Origin: Octopus vulgaris
Taxonomy: Eukaryota
DNA: 64,000 bases
Assembly (NCBI GenBank): GCA_951406725.2
Contig: OX597814.1
Coordinates: 106,826,001 to 106,890,000, forward strand
Direction of reading: 5' to 3'
In this document: piece after piece, positions 40,635 through 55,654 of the stretch
Position numbering within the stretch: position 1 is the stretch's first letter
How the letters are laid out: every line of letters begins with the position of its first letter
Notes under the pieces: generated by a model
What the model was told of the DNA's origin: nothing
What the model saw: the letters and a program-made list of their open reading frames with translations, nothing else
Databases searched by the model: none
Made by a program: the position numbers and the translations under genes

Positions 40635-41446
40635 TTAATTATGAAACTTCTAAGCAAGATACAGTTTTTTTTCTTATTTGCTTTGTGAGGTTTTAATTGT
40701 TTTATTTTTTTAATTTTTCGTTCCAGGATAAAAGATATTATCCATTGAAAGAGTAATCCAAGACTATTACCAAGAGAGGAAATTGCCTCAATTCGAAAGC
40801 AGCAGCAATCAAGTTTAAAATTGTCTTGCGTAACTTTTCTGTTCAGCCCTCACAGAATATGGGAAAATTTGATTGATTCTATAATTCTGTTAAGTAATCA
40901 TTTAATTAATAATTCACTTTGAAATATAATTAGCAGCGAGGTGGGTGGGGGGAGAAGCAGAGTTAAATGAATGAGACGCTTGTTGAAAGAAAGCTCAAAC
41001 GAGAGATTGCGTTTGTAGAGATTGGTGAGAAGGGATCAGAGAAAATTGATTTTATCAATCCCAGTTCAACCTTGTTCTTATCTCTTGTAACGTTGCGAAG
41101 TTTTTATTATAATCCTCTTTCTGAGCCTTCAAAGGAGAGCAGAACATAACTGGATTTAGCGCAGTTATTATATCTTTATCTCAGTTTGTTGGTTTAAATA
41201 AAGATGAGTTGAAAACAGTGCAGACGGGAGCGGTAAAAACCTTAAATTTCAATGTTAGACTAATCCCTCAACATACTGTATCATTCGCTGGAATTGGTAT
41301 CTCGACCGTCTCTTCATCCATCAGTTATAGTCGAAGAATATAAACAGAAATCCTGGCAATTTTTTCCGTTATCTGAAATATATTTTGTGATAAAGCAGGA
41401 ATACAAGCCTTGATTTGGTTTCCATGTACAATATGGCAAACGTCTT

Positions 41447-41849
41447 ATCTTTATATATAAAGCTAAAGTTGTCTGTGTGTGTGTGTGGCAGGTTTGGTAG
41501 CCTTCAACTAACACTATCTCCTCCGAGACCCTGCGGCGCAAGTTGATCAAAATTGACAGTATGATAGAAGAAGGTTAGCTCTCCCTTCCGTAGAAGAAAA
41601 AATTCAAATCGGACCATATTAAGACCAAAAATTGTTTACATCAAAAAGGTATTTTTTTACTATGAAAATCCCTATTTTTTACTATTTTTTGACTGCTGTG
41701 TCGCTATTTTTCGGTGTATTTCAACCAGAAAACTGTTCACTTAAAGAGAATAACAAGCTACATAATGCAAACTTTTTACTTTTAAAAAATTCCAATTCTA
41801 AAGGGTCGAAAAGAAAATAAACCCGAGCAACGCCGGGCTATACTGCTAG
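41447..41849 (+). mobile_element. Non-autonomous Helitron (same family as 37362-37754)
   Basis: TC start, CCCGAGCAACGCCGGG hairpin and CTAG|T end. Confidence 0.8.
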
Positions 41850-42693
41850 TTTTATATAAAAGCTGTAAAATTAGATTCTAAAAATTTTCATTAAAGACAA
41901 GCAATTTTCCCTTTCGAAAATTTTATAACATTTATTTCTTATCAAACAAGAGTAAAATGTTAATTAAACCAGTCTTAAAATGTAAGAACTAACGAAAAAT
42001 AACTGTAGTATTTTACCCATTAGATTACGGATATGGCATTGGTTTCTATATTCGGTGTTCGATCCGCTGAGCTGCCTATTTATAGTATTATATGATGTCG
42101 TTGGCTGCGTATCCCATAGACACGTGTACCAATACTCTAATAACCTGTGCGTCTATGTGTATTGTGAGGTATGTACGAGAGATAGATTCAAACACGGTTC
42201 GGTCTTATTAGTACCTCATCAGCGAAGAATATAGTCCACCACAATGAAATAGAAATTAATTAAATATACACGAATGTACACTGGCTGTAATAGAAACTAG
42301 AATAATTTAAAGAGAGAGAATTCCTTGAAGGAAACCGTCGAGAGTAGGGAAGAGGGATGGAATGCTTCAAATTACGAAACTCAAATACATTAATTTTTTC
42401 TAATCACAGTAATCTGCATATTTATCTATGTAGGATTAAATGAATGAGAGTTAAATCATTTATCGGAGGCGATCAAATGTTTTCGTAATCCCAAAGAAAA
42501 TTATTTGCTGCGCAGATAGAAAGACAAATTATATTAATTTAATCACTGATGTAATTTACATAACAGATACAGTAAACTTCTCTAACACCTGGCATTTGAT
42601 GTGTTTTTAATGTCGGTATGATTTCCACATGCAGAGACATACAGACATAAATACATGCATATACACACACACACATACTACATACATGTGTGT

Positions 42694-42730
<37 letters not shown>

Positions 42731-42790
42731 TAAACATACGTTTGTGTGCATGTAAATAAATTTATGTACACACACATATGTAAATAGTCA

Positions 42791-42821
<31 letters not shown>

Positions 42822-42876
42822 ACATATATATAAATAAATCTCTGAGTGAGGTATAAACAGTAGCTGCACGACAACG

Positions 42877-43168
<292 letters not shown>

Positions 43169-43768
43169 ATAAATTTACAGATATATTTCTGTGAACGCCA
43201 ACAGGGTTGTGTGGTTAAGAACTTCATTTCGCAGTAACATGGTTTCGATCTCGCAACGTGGTAGTTATAACACGTGCTGTCTAACATAGCTTCTAGTAAA
43301 CCCCCGCCCCCAAAACCGTTGTGAGCTATATTTCATAGATAGGAACTGTGGCGAATCTTGGCAAGGGGACTGTTTCTGACACTTGAGGGTAAATTTAATC
43401 TGTCACCATGTTTAACACCATAAGCACCACCACTACGACTTTGGGTGACTTTAGTGGTTTGTATGCAGTAGGGGACTGGGTCTAAAAATATTGGTTGCCA
43501 GGAGACGAAGGGGACCCACCCGCAACTACAATGCTATCATTTATTTTTATTTCTTTTATTTTTTTTATTAAAAGTATTCTTTTCAACTGTCTACAAACAC
43601 AACCAGGCCGAAATAATTAGTGCATTCTTCCAGGAGTGAATAAAAAAATTCTCAAACTTGAGGGGATAGGCCCCTTAGATACTAACATGGGCTCCCATAT
43701 ATGGATTCTAATGGCGCAGGGGCCCTCTTGCCATCGGGCATGCTGGCAACCTGGCCAATTTTGTAGGT

Positions 43769-43818
<50 letters not shown>

Positions 43819-44196
43819 ACGTGCGTGCGTGTGTGTGTATGTGCGTGCGTGCGTCAGTCTGTTTGTGTGCGTGCGTGTGTGCATGTATGAGTTTATAGTT
43901 AAAAATGGAATTTAATTCTCTACGTGAAACAGACCTACATAGTTCTAAATATCGTGATATGTCTGTTTGCGTATAGGGATACTGCGATTGATATACATTC
44001 AATATTCCTTTTATAATTACTCTCATAAATGCATATACATTTATACCTAATGATAAATACATCCATCCAATAGTTACTTCACTTTTATCCAAGCAATTCT
44101 ATATATATACAAACTCTTATGGAATTTCATTGTAGATATCAACATAATAATGATACTACTAATAATAATAATACAAAAAACAATACAGTTATAAAT

Positions 44197-44572
44197 AAGA
44201 ACACCCAGAGAGCGCAAGCTTCGGCCAAGGCAAGCCCCAACGTCCTCTCAGTGAATAGCCGGAGATGATTTTTAAAATGAGAATATCTGAAATATATTCG
44301 ACTGCTCCCACAAACGAGAATACTAAAAATGAACCCGACCGCTCTCAAAAATTAAGTATAAAAAAAACACAGGAAAAAATAACCCAAAATCCTTGTTCGG
44401 TGTCGGATTGATCCCAAAATCTAATCAGTTCTTGTCAGACACGAGACCAAACATCCCTAAAAGTTTCATCCGAATTCATCCAGCGGTTCTTGAGATATCT
44501 GGTCCACGGACAGACAAACAAACAAACACGACTGAAAACAATACTTCTGCCTTCACTAAGGCGGAGGTAATA
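44197..44572 (+). mobile_element. Helentron-associated (HINE/DINE-like) non-autonomous element
   Basis: 3' hairpin TACTTCTGCCTT-cact-AAGGCGGAGGTA, echoed near the 5' end (CTTCGGCCAAGGC); ACAGACAAAC repeat before it. Confidence 0.55.
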
Positions 44573-44649
44573 AATAAGTGATTGATGTTCACTTAAATAT
44601 CAGAGGTTTCTTCCAAATCCCAAAGACGAGCTTTTAAGTCTATGCTTAC

Positions 44650-45035
44650 ATTTTGGAACAATTTCAGAGTACTTGCTAATGCGGTTATCATTGTATAATA
44701 TGGTGCATAGTCTCTCTTCCAAGCACAGATTACATGATTCTGAGTATGCATTGTATAGGTAGGTGTTTAGAATTGTATAGAATTACAGTTTTTATTGAGG
44801 TGTTCCACCGGTATTTCTTGTTTTTAAAGGTGTGAATACCTGCTGGTTCTAACACACCTCTTATGTATACGTCGAAGAAGTCCTTCCTGCGGGTAGCATT
44901 GTAAATAGTCTTCGCAACTATATCAAGTTTCAAGGTCAGGTGGTATCTCGTAGACATTCTGGGGTAGCTGCTGATGATGTGGGTGATATCTTGCACTGTG
45001 GCATAGCATAAATTACATTTCCTATAACAGAGTGG
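44650..45035 (-). pseudogene. R4/Dong-like RLE LINE fragment (CCHC region)
   Basis: CNLC....QDITHIISS.P...RYH...DIVAKTIY resembles CxxC..ETI.HI.S.C...RHD.VA. Confidence 0.6.
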
Positions 45036-46183
45036 AGGTTTTGTAGTATCTTTGTCTTTCTGTCTGTCTGTCTGTCTGTCTGTATGTAAGTATGTATGTA
45101 TGTATGTATGAATGAATGAATGAATGAATGTATGTATGTATGTATGATTGTGTGTATGTAAGTATGTATGTATGTATGAATGAATGAATGAATGAATGAA
45201 TGTATGTATGTATGTATGTATGTATGTATGTATGTATGTATGTATGTATGTATGTATGATTGTGTGTATGTAAGTATGTATGTATGTATGCATGAATGAA
45301 TGATTGAATGTATGTATATATGTATGTATGTATGATTGTGTGTGTATGTATGTATGTATGTATGTATGTATGTATGTATGTATGAATGTATGTATGTATG
45401 TGTGTGTGTATGTATGTATGGGGTTGCTTCTTACCCACTGTTTGACAACCGGTGGTGGTTTGTTTCCGTCTCTGTAACTTAGTGCTTCAACATTTATATC
45501 AGCTATTATTAAATATATCTTTCATCGAAAAAAATTTTCTAAATTTACAATAAAGTTTAGGTGTCTGAAAATCCTTTCTATTTCCAGTCAATTTCAAACA
45601 CCGCCACAACCAAGATCGACTGAAATCATTATTCCTGTTCTTTAGAACCAATTCCTCATTGGTTCTCCATTGTTTCAGATTTTATTCAAATTTCAATATG
45701 TCGCCTTGTAATAATTTAATTTCAAGAAAATTTAATTATCAATAAGTTTTAAGATGTTCATAAAAAGAAAACTACCCATTCTTAGAAAGAGACAAATTCA
45801 ATTATTCCAAGTCTAAGAAATCTTTTTTTGTTGTACAGATTCCAGACGTTTCATTTATTGGTAACTCACTTCTTTTCCACATTTTCCCCCTCTGTATCAT
45901 TATTCTATCTTCGCCAAGTTATTTCACGCTTTCAGACATTCTGTTGGATATTTTAACACAGCAACCAAGACTGAGACTTTCTACATCAAAGCCGATCAGT
46001 TCGAAACTTTATCAATTGTTATTCAATAAACGAAATCTAATTTCGATCACTTTTTCAATCTCGGTTGTTCAGTGATTGTGGCCCTTTATTAAGGGAGAAG
46101 TGATTGACCAGTAATTGACGGAGAGAACTTCCAGAAATATGAAATTTCCGAGACAAAGGAATATATTTTTAAATCTTTCTTTG

Positions 46184-46214
<31 letters not shown>

Positions 46215-47029
46215 CTGCTTATATTGGTTTTTTTTATATCTGGGTCAATCCTGACTGAGCAGGTGTTCCAGCGGTGACTACCATGATTTTTTTTTCTTTT
46301 TCAGATAGAATGTGCTCTAGACTTCCTTATCCAATGGCATATTCAACACAGCCGAGTGTGAGTTGCAAATCTGGCTGCTATTTCTAACAAGTCGATCGAC
46401 CAGCTTGATACTCCCATATGGAGTAAAGGAGTACCAAAAAGTACAATATTTGAAGAACTGAGTACGGTGATAGTTTTCTGTCTCTTCGTCAGACCTGGCT
46501 CAGTAAATCTATAATTGAAGGCGTTCCAATAATGACCATCAAATCTTTATATTAATGACTTCATAATTTTGTGTTCTTCCGTTTTTAAGATGGTGGGGGA
46601 GGTGATTTCTAAGAGATTTAGCTGTGATTTCTACCAGGTGAAATGACCAGGCAGGGGTTGTTTTAACTTCTCAGATGGAGGAAGTTTTTCATGGCTGAGA
46701 AGTTTTGGTAGTTTATATTCACATATGCACACACACACACACACACACACATACACACACATACACGCACACACACATACAAACACACACACACACACAC
46801 ACACATACACACACATACACGCACACACACATACAAACACACACACACACACACACATACACACACATACACGCACACACACATACAAACACACACACAC
46901 ACACACACACAAACGTATACACATCTATGTATGTACGTATGTTCGTAGATAGAGATTAGACTAGAAAGAAAGTCCTATTGCCTTTCGACACGATCACTTT
47001 GAAGCAACTTGTTCAGTCTTCGCGGTAAA

Positions 47030-47970
47030 ATAAGCCCTAATCTTTACATTCTAATGGTTCCTTTTCTTTCTTTGCAGATTATACCAAAGTTCTTAAATTT
47101 GTATCGATTTGACCCTTTAAAATGAGATTAGATCAGATACAGCATGCTTTATGAATTAAAAGGAGCTCTTCCGCAATGGAAGAAATAATCGTTCTGTCTA
47201 TGGAAATGAAACTCTAAGTGTCCAGACATGCTAATGATGATTTGGCCAGCTTCGTCCGGGAATTTTTTTTCTCACAGTTACCCTTTCATCTAGATGACCA
47301 AGTTCTATCAATATTGAACTTCTGAAAGCAGTTGAGAAAAAGTCAAAGCAAGCTACACGGGAATTAGCAAAACAGTTCAATTCGATTAATTTTGCGATCA
47401 GAAAAGTCCAAAAAATAGAAAATGTCTAAACCTGGTCAGTGAGTTCTTCATCATTTGACTGCTTCTCAGTTTAATAAAAGAATAATGATGTTCTCTGTTT
47501 ATCATGAAACGGTAGACTTGTTATCGATCCTTTCCTGGGCAGAATCATCATAATTAGGGAAAAACGGATTTTCTATAATCATACCTTCCGGAAACGATTA
47601 TGGTTGGTAACTAATAGAAAAGGAAAGTGTACCCCGCAAGTCAGGAATTACACCCGTAAAAGTTATGCTCTGCATTTGGTGAGATATGAAGAGTACCGTG
47701 TATCATAAATTCTTAAACCAAAGCGAAACAATTAATGCGGAGAATTAGTGTGGTCAATAAGTAGCATTGAAGAAATAGGTCCACACAAAGCGCCCATCAG
47801 GGGTCAACCGTAAGAGTATCATTATACTCTTAAACATTAATGAGAGACTCCAAATTGCCCAAGTCACTCAGCAAAAGATTAAGGCACTAAATATGGAAGT
47901 TTTGTTTCGTCTTCCATAATCTCCTGGCCTTGTTCCATCTGACTTTCATATTTTCAGATAATTGCAACAT
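47030..47970 (+). pseudogene. Decayed mariner transposase
   Basis: Degenerate WVPH, KVMLCIW and P*SPGLVPSDFHIFR (YSPDLAPSD) motifs with many stops. Confidence 0.75.
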
Positions 47971-47972
47971 TA

Positions 47973-48393
<421 letters not shown>

Positions 48394-48449
48394 GGTTACT
48401 AACCCAGCATTTTCCATAAATAGATTATTACATATCAGACAGTAAAGTC

Positions 48450-49400
48450 ATATTTTACTCAGCCTCCACCTGTAGTTCATCAGCGGCACACATTACAAAC
48501 TTTTTAGTTGTGGTGGCATTGGACCGCTTCAAGCTCCACTGTTAGTTTGGCACTGTGTGGTGACCACAGCTGAGAGCAGTAGTCCAGCCAGCTGACAATA
48601 AGGGTCAGCATAATTCTTGGTCTACTGTCTTGAAGGGCCTTAGTATCCATCCTGCCAATTATTTGCGCCTTGCTGTCATCTTGGTGATGTGCATAAGAAA
48701 TGATGCACCATTGCACGTACTGATTCCCAAGTCTTTCACTGCTTGTGACTGAGATTACAGTGCCTTTGGGTCATGTAGATGCAGGCTGTTGTGTATTCGT
48801 GAGTTGATAGCGCAGTGCTTGAAACTTTCCAGCATTAAACGGCATGTTATTTACTTCAGTCCATTTGTAAATATTGAACAAGAAAGTTCCCTGGGGGATA
48901 TATCACATCAGAATGGTGAAGCGGCTGTTTCAAAATCCAGTCATAGTGCTGTAAGAGACAAGTGAGGCAGCTTCCTCCTGAACAGAAGCCATGCTGCGTA
49001 TTGTTCAGTAAGTCATTTTCTTCTAGGAATATTATCAGTTTCATTCTGGTGATTCGTTCCGTGGTTTTATTCGTGTGTGAAGTCAGAGAGATTGGCACTT
49101 TTGTGGAAAGGGCATGTAATTACTTCTTTTAGCTTCTTAGGAAGTTTGACACTTGTAAGGAAACTCTGGAAGTGTATCTGAAATGGTTTCACTAAAGCCT
49201 GCTCCCATAGCTTAAGGAGAATGTGTGGGAAGCCATCGGGACCAGTTTCTGAGCTTAAGTTCATTCGTTACATCTGCATTCTCATTGTCGATGTAATCGA
49301 CGGCTGCAGTCTACAGAGCTGAAATGTTAAAGAATCCGGCGGTTTTTTTCTCTCTGCATGTGTTCCGGGAGGTGGTGGGAGGGTAGCTGAAGATACTCTT
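48450..49400 (-). pseudogene. CR1/L2-group LINE RT fragments
   Basis: GPDGFPHILLK, QHGF..GSCLT.LL and LDYCSQLWSPH peptides. Confidence 0.8.
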
Positions 49401-49626
49401 AAATTGTTCATATATATATGTGTGCGTGTAAGTATTATGCATGTATATATATGTGTTTGTGTATGTATATACATATGCTATATATTATCTGTATATGTAT
49501 ACAAACATATACACATATATCTTCAAATATATATATGCATGTATATATATACATACATACATATGTGTGTGTTTGTGTGTGTATGTATATTTGTGTGTAT
49601 TGTGTATGTATATGTATGTGTTTGTG

Positions 49627-49664
<38 letters not shown>

Positions 49665-49665
<1 letters not shown>

Positions 49666-50303
49666 TAGCAGTATCGCCCGGCGTTGCTCGGGTTTGTAAG
49701 GGAAATAACTATATAAGCATTTTTAGAGAGTTATAGCCAAAAAGTAGCAAAAAATGCATTAAAAATGGAAAAAATATGATGGTAAATTTTTTTTTAAATC
49801 GTTGACTCATCGTAGACATTTTTAGAGAGTTACTTCCCTTATATAATAGCGAAAAAATGCATTAAAATGGAAAAAAAAACGATGGTAATTTTTTTTTTTA
49901 AATCGTAGACTCATGTAGACGCTTTCATAGCCATTTCTGTTTTGGTGTCTTCAAGCCATGAAGTCGTTGTTCTAAAAGAACGCTGGTCTCCTTGACAACG
50001 CATTACGACGTTGATTTCCTTACACTCCCTTCCCCACAGGTGCAGGTGTGAGCGTGGACGCCAACTCCGCCGCCATCGACACACGAAAAATTATGCATTA
50101 AAATGGAATAAAAAATGATGTTAAATTATTTTTAAAATCGTAGACTCATCGTAGACGCGCGCTAATACTCAGACGGGCTCGATATGAATCACGACTATAA
50201 GCTACCCGAATTTGGTTAAACTGCACCGCAAAATGTGGGAGTAGTTAGGAATCTAAATCGAAGGGGACAGACACTCACACAACTACAGTTTTATATATAT
50301 AGA
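49665..50303 (-). mobile_element. Non-autonomous Helitron with internal ~110-bp duplications
   Basis: Minus-strand 3' end CCCGAGCAACGCCGGG..CTAG|T at 49664-49693; 5' TCTATATATATAAAA near 50303. Confidence 0.75.
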
Positions 50304-50339
50304 TATACATAGCGCAGTAGTGGTGAGATGTGACAGCAA

Positions 50340-50895
50340 AGAAAAGCATACATTCACTCTCTGCATGCAATTAGACTCGGAAAGTTCGTGAGGAACCCAT
50401 TGACCCAATTTGCTGACTTTTCCGATAGCACACAGGTCTCAATGAATGGTTGAATGACCAAATCCAAGCTTCTCTGCTAGTTCCTCAACAGTTACGATGA
50501 GATTTTGTTCCACCAGGGTTTTCAGGATGTCCTTGTCGAGTTCTACAGATCTTTCAGGATGAGGCTCGTCTTCTAGGCTGTAGTTTATGGCTCGGAATTT
50601 CTGGAACCACCATTGACACTGCCTTACGCTTATTGTCCAATCCCCATATACTGCATTAATATTTCTTGTACTTTCCGTTGCGTTGTTGTCTTTATTGAAC
50701 TCATAAAGCAAAATATGCCAAATATGCTCCTTTGTTACTTCCAACATAGCTTTGAAAAAAATAGCTGTTAAAATCGAAATGCACTCTTCAAAACTTGCAC
50801 TATGAATAAGGACAAGATAAAATTACTACCTGCTTTTATAGCAAGTTAATATAAGTAGTTTATCCCATTCCCCTCTGACTTTTAGTTCAAGCTGT
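50340..50895 (-). pseudogene. mariner 5' half (helix-turn-helix region) with a TIR remnant
   Basis: ORF 50439-50747 reads HI.HILLYEF.K...A....I.AVYG...WFQKFR....LEDEP..GHSTIH. Confidence 0.85.
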
Positions 50896-51635
50896 TGAAA
50901 AAACCGCATTATTATATATATATACATACATACATACATACATATACACACACACTCTCTCTCTCTCACACACATGCACACATTTATATTCTGTTATTCT
51001 TTTATATGTTTCAGCCTTGAGGTTGTGGCCATGCTGGATCATGTGTGTGTGTGTGTGTGTGTGTCTATCTGTCTGTCTGTCTGTATGTATATATGTATAT
51101 GTATGTGTGTGAATAATAATATTTTCAACAGATGTGTTGCAAATGTATCTGATTGTTCTCAAGCTTCAAATTTACTCTCTTCCAAGAACATTTTCACTCA
51201 CTCTTATTTGTTAGCTTCCCATACATTTTACTCATGTATCTATCAGCGTTCATGGACAGTAACAAATATTACATCTAGTTTCATTTTATTCGTTGCCCAC
51301 TGTGTGTGTGCGTTTGCGTGTGCTGTAAACCAGACTAAGAAAAGCATTTGACACACACACCAGAATGTGAGTTTTCTGTAAATTTTGCTTAATTGGAGTT
51401 TAAATTTTAAAAACTGGAGCTGGCATGACGCGATGCATTGTACTCTTAAAATTGCTAGGTAAATTGTAATTGAAGAAATCCTATATTGTAGATTTGTATA
51501 ACTCCCAAAGGGAGGCAGATAAAATCTGCCTTTTATAATAAGAGATATATATACATATACATATTATATGTATATATGTATACAAACATACACATATATC
51601 TTTAAATATATATGTATGTGTGTATATACATGCAT

Positions 51636-51671
<36 letters not shown>

Positions 51672-51934
51672 TGGTGAGAGAGATAAGTTGTAGATAAATT
51701 GAAAGTCCTTATAACACTGAGCTCATAACCAGTGGAGCGAAATTAATTGATATGATTTTGGGTGGTGAAACTTAAAAACCAATGGAGCGGACAACAAGAT
51801 TATTTCCGATCGATGGAAACAACAACCTAAGATTGGAACTTCTTTATCTTCGGAACGACTGCTTGTACAACGCACACAACAGACATACGTAGCGTATAAC
51901 GCACACAACATATATACATACAACACACACACTC

Positions 51935-52346
51935 TTTTTTACTACCCACAAGGTGCTAAACACAGAGAGGACAAACAAGGACAGACAAACGAATTAAGTC
52001 TATTATATCGACCCCAGTGCGTAACTGGTACTTATTTAATCGACCCCGAAAGGATGATAGGCAAAGTCAACCTCGGCGGAATTTGAACTCAGAATGTAAC
52101 GGCAGACGAAATACCTATTTCTTTACTACCCACAAGGGGCTAAACACAGAGAGGACAAACAAGGATAGACAAACGGATGAATTCGATTACATCGACTCCA
52201 GTGCGTAACTGGTACTTAATTTATCGACCCCGAAAGGATGAAAGGCAAAGTCGACCTCGGCGGAATTTGAACTCAGAACGTAACGGCAGACGGAATACGG
52301 CTATGCTTTTCGCACGGCGTGCTAACGATTCTGCCAGCTCGCCGCC

Positions 52347-52348
<2 letters not shown>
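51935..52348 (-). mobile_element. Tandem SINE family B (two units)
   Basis: Repeated core and tail; head at about 52290-52348. Confidence 0.9.
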
Positions 52349-52383
<35 letters not shown>

Positions 52384-52384
52384 A

Positions 52385-52960
52385 CACTGTTGGCCTCTCA
52401 CACTGCTTGAGCGCTTTCATGAAAGACAAGACTGTTTGAGACACATTGTTAACATCAAGGGGCAAAGTAAGACACTTCACATGGAAGTCCTTTCAAAGGC
52501 AAGATGCATAAGCATTCGGTCACTCATCGTGTCTACTTAGAGGCGTTGGGTAGGCCATGTTGTGCGCATGGAAGGCAACAGGATTCGAAAGCAGCTCTTC
52601 CGTGCTGAGCTGTACACTAGAAAGCTTTCTCAGCAGAAACCACAAAAAATGGGTACAGAGACTCCGTATAAAACAATCTGATGGAACTGCAAATCAATAT
52701 AAAGAGCTGAGAAGAACTAACTTTGGTAAGAGCTGAGTGGAAGAAGTGTGAAATTGAAGGTTGTGGAACTTTTGAAGAGGGTTGCCTGGAGCACGAAAGT
52801 ATAAAGCGCTGGCTTCAAAAGGGCTGTCGTCAGAACCTCAAGGAGAACATAAAGTGTTGGAGATGTGAAACGTGCAGCCATGTACTGCTTTCCAAGACTG
52901 GAGACGTCAACCACCTGAAATCCCATGAAAGATCAGCTGTACGCAATGCCTTCTCCTCCT
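52385..52960 (+). pseudogene. RTE-clade LINE 3' relic
   Basis: LERFH...LRHI..IK, RWVGHVVRMEGNRI.KQL and CETC..H peptides. Confidence 0.75.
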
Positions 52961-53637
52961 TCTATTAAAAAAATTTTTTTTTAATAATATTTTTGTTGTT
53001 TTTTGTAAAATCTCAGAAAATAATTAAAAATTCACATTTTTTGTCAAATTATTTTGTTATATTTGTCTATCTATCCAACTGTAAACATTTTAGATATTTC
53101 ACTAACTTTTTGCTATAACTTGGCAAAAGGGTACATATTTTGCCAAAAATTGCTACATTTGTTCCCACAGTCTTCTTTATCCGCAGCCTAGACTGGGTGA
53201 CTCGACGTGTGTGGTGTGTGAAAAGGTTTTCAAGTTGATTTAGGGTCTGAAGAGACATATTGCGGTTCACAGATATTATAAGCTCACAAAGTGATTCGTT
53301 ACAACTCTCGTCTGGCACTTATGCTTCAAACAATGCAGTTTTGCTGCAGGACTGAATAATAAGAAATGCCATCGAACAGCGTGGAAGCTCAAAGAGGCAA
53401 CAATCATATGTGAAGATGAAGCAATCTCTATGTATGCATTTATGTGCGCATAAGCACGTTGGCTATGGACCAATATGGCTGTCAATAGTTTGACGATGGC
53501 GATCCAGTTTTACGAACAACAGAGTTATCTGCTCTTGAATTAAACACATATTTATTTAAATGTAATTTTCAGACCAGAATCAGCGTGACACAGTGTCTGG
53601 GTGTGACGAGGCTGTACCTTTTGAATTGCAGGAACAA

Positions 53638-53870
53638 GGCGGCGAGCTGGCAGAATCGTTAGCACGCCGGGCGAAATGCTTGGCGTATTCCGTCTGCCGT
53701 TACGTTCTGAGTTCAAATTCCGCCAAGGTCAACTTTGCCTTTCATCCTTTCGGGGTCGATAAATTAGATACCAGTTACGCACTGGGGTCGATATAATCGA
53801 CTTAATCCGTTTGTCTGTCCTTGTTTGTCCTCTCTGTGTTTAGCCCCTTGTGGGTAGTAAAGAAATAGGT
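53638..53870 (+). mobile_element. tRNA-derived SINE, family B (full length)
   Basis: GGCGGCGAGCTGGCAGAATCG head, GAGTTCAAATTCC B box, core and tail. Confidence 0.9.
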
Positions 53871-54704
53871 ACAATCCATTCCACGGGATTCTCTACAGTT
53901 TCTATCTACCCAATGAGGCAATAGAAAAAGACATGTTTACTCTTTTACTTGTTTCAGCCATCAGACTGCGGTCATACTGGGGCACCACCTCAAAGAGGTT
54001 TCAGTCGAAGTAATCGACCCCAGTACTTTTTTAAAGCCAGGTACTTATTCTATTGTGCTCTTTTTGACGAACCACTACTATAGCAGAAAACACTTAACCA
54101 AGGTGCCAGGCAGTGGGACTTAACCCAGAACCGTGTGGCTGGGAAGCAAATTTCTTACCACACATCTACGCCTGCTCTTAGATCCTGCGCAATGTGACCA
54201 AACCTTGCATTCGTGGTTGCAAATATGACACTTTATTTATCGACCCCCGTCCACCTCCGAAAGGATCAAAGGCAAACTGAACCACAGTGCGATTTGAACT
54301 CAGAGCGTTGAGGGTCGAAACGATTATCGCCTAGCAATTTATCCAACGCTCTAACGACTCACGTGCACACATACACGCGCGTGCGCGCAGGATAATGATC
54401 TTCCTTGTCGACAATGACATGTAAGTGACCAGGTCTTCAATTCACATGTGTGCGTGTTTTCTGTGTGTGAGCATACATGCATATATGCGTGTGCGATTAC
54501 GTTTAATTTTGGTTTGAATAATATGCTTAAATTCACAGCACATAAACACAAGCCACCCGTACATTAATTTGCATATAAATACTATACAAGTATTAGATAT
54601 ATATATATATATATATATGTAGGTCCCGGGTTGATTCGGGGTTAACCACAGTAAGTAAGGTACTCAATACATAGCAGAGTAAAATTAATTTATTATATAG
54701 AAGG

Positions 54705-54755
54705 AGCTTCTACAGGACTAGTACTGTTTCATTCAAGAGAAATCTTCAGGAAGCT
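54705..54755 (-). ncRNA. Complete type I HHR (GUA triplet), left arm of fold-back element 54620-55487
   Basis: AGCTTC-CTGAAGA-tTTCtcttGAAt-GAA-ACAG-tactagtc-CTGT-A-GAAGCT. Confidence 0.8.
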
Positions 54756-55120
54756 ATTTAACAAGAATTGTATTAGCATTTATACATTTAGGCAGGTTTA
54801 AAGGAGTGGTGGTGGGGGACTTTTTTGGGGGTAGGCATAGCGCAAAATATCATACTTGGGGGAGTGGTCAAGGAGTCAGTGGTAAGTTAGATGAAAGAAT
54901 AGATAAATAAAAAAATAAAATAATAAAATAAAATAAAATTAAAAAATAAAAAAATAAAAAAATAAAAAATATATATAAAAAATATATATATAAAAAATAT
55001 ATATATAAAAAAAAAAATATATATATATAAAAAAAGGGGGGATAGAGTTATAGGTAAATAAGGAGATTCTCACTTGTACCTATACACACATGTATACGTA
55101 TCTACACACATATATATATA

Positions 55121-55172
<52 letters not shown>

Positions 55173-55418
55173 TATATACACATATACATACATATCTACA
55201 TACACACATACATACACCCGCCCACATATACAAATTTATACACATGCACATGCATATACCTGTCTACACATACACACACGTATATATGCATACACTCACT
55301 CCCATGCATGCACGCATACACACATGTATATATATACACACGACCACACATACATATATACACATATACATATATACACCCACTAAATGTATAAATGCTA
55401 ATACAATTCTTGTTAAAT

Positions 55419-55469
55419 AGCTTCCTGAAGATTTCTCTTGAATGAAACAGTACTAGTCCTGTAGAAGCT
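55419..55469 (+). ncRNA. Complete type I HHR, identical inverted copy
   Basis: Same sequence as 54705-54755; arms about 54688-54791 and 55383-55486. Confidence 0.8.
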
Positions 55470-55480
55470 CCTTCTATATA

Positions 55481-55556
<76 letters not shown>

Positions 55557-55570
55557 ACAGACAGACAGGC

Positions 55571-55615
<45 letters not shown>

Positions 55616-55616
55616 T

Positions 55617-55654
<38 letters not shown>

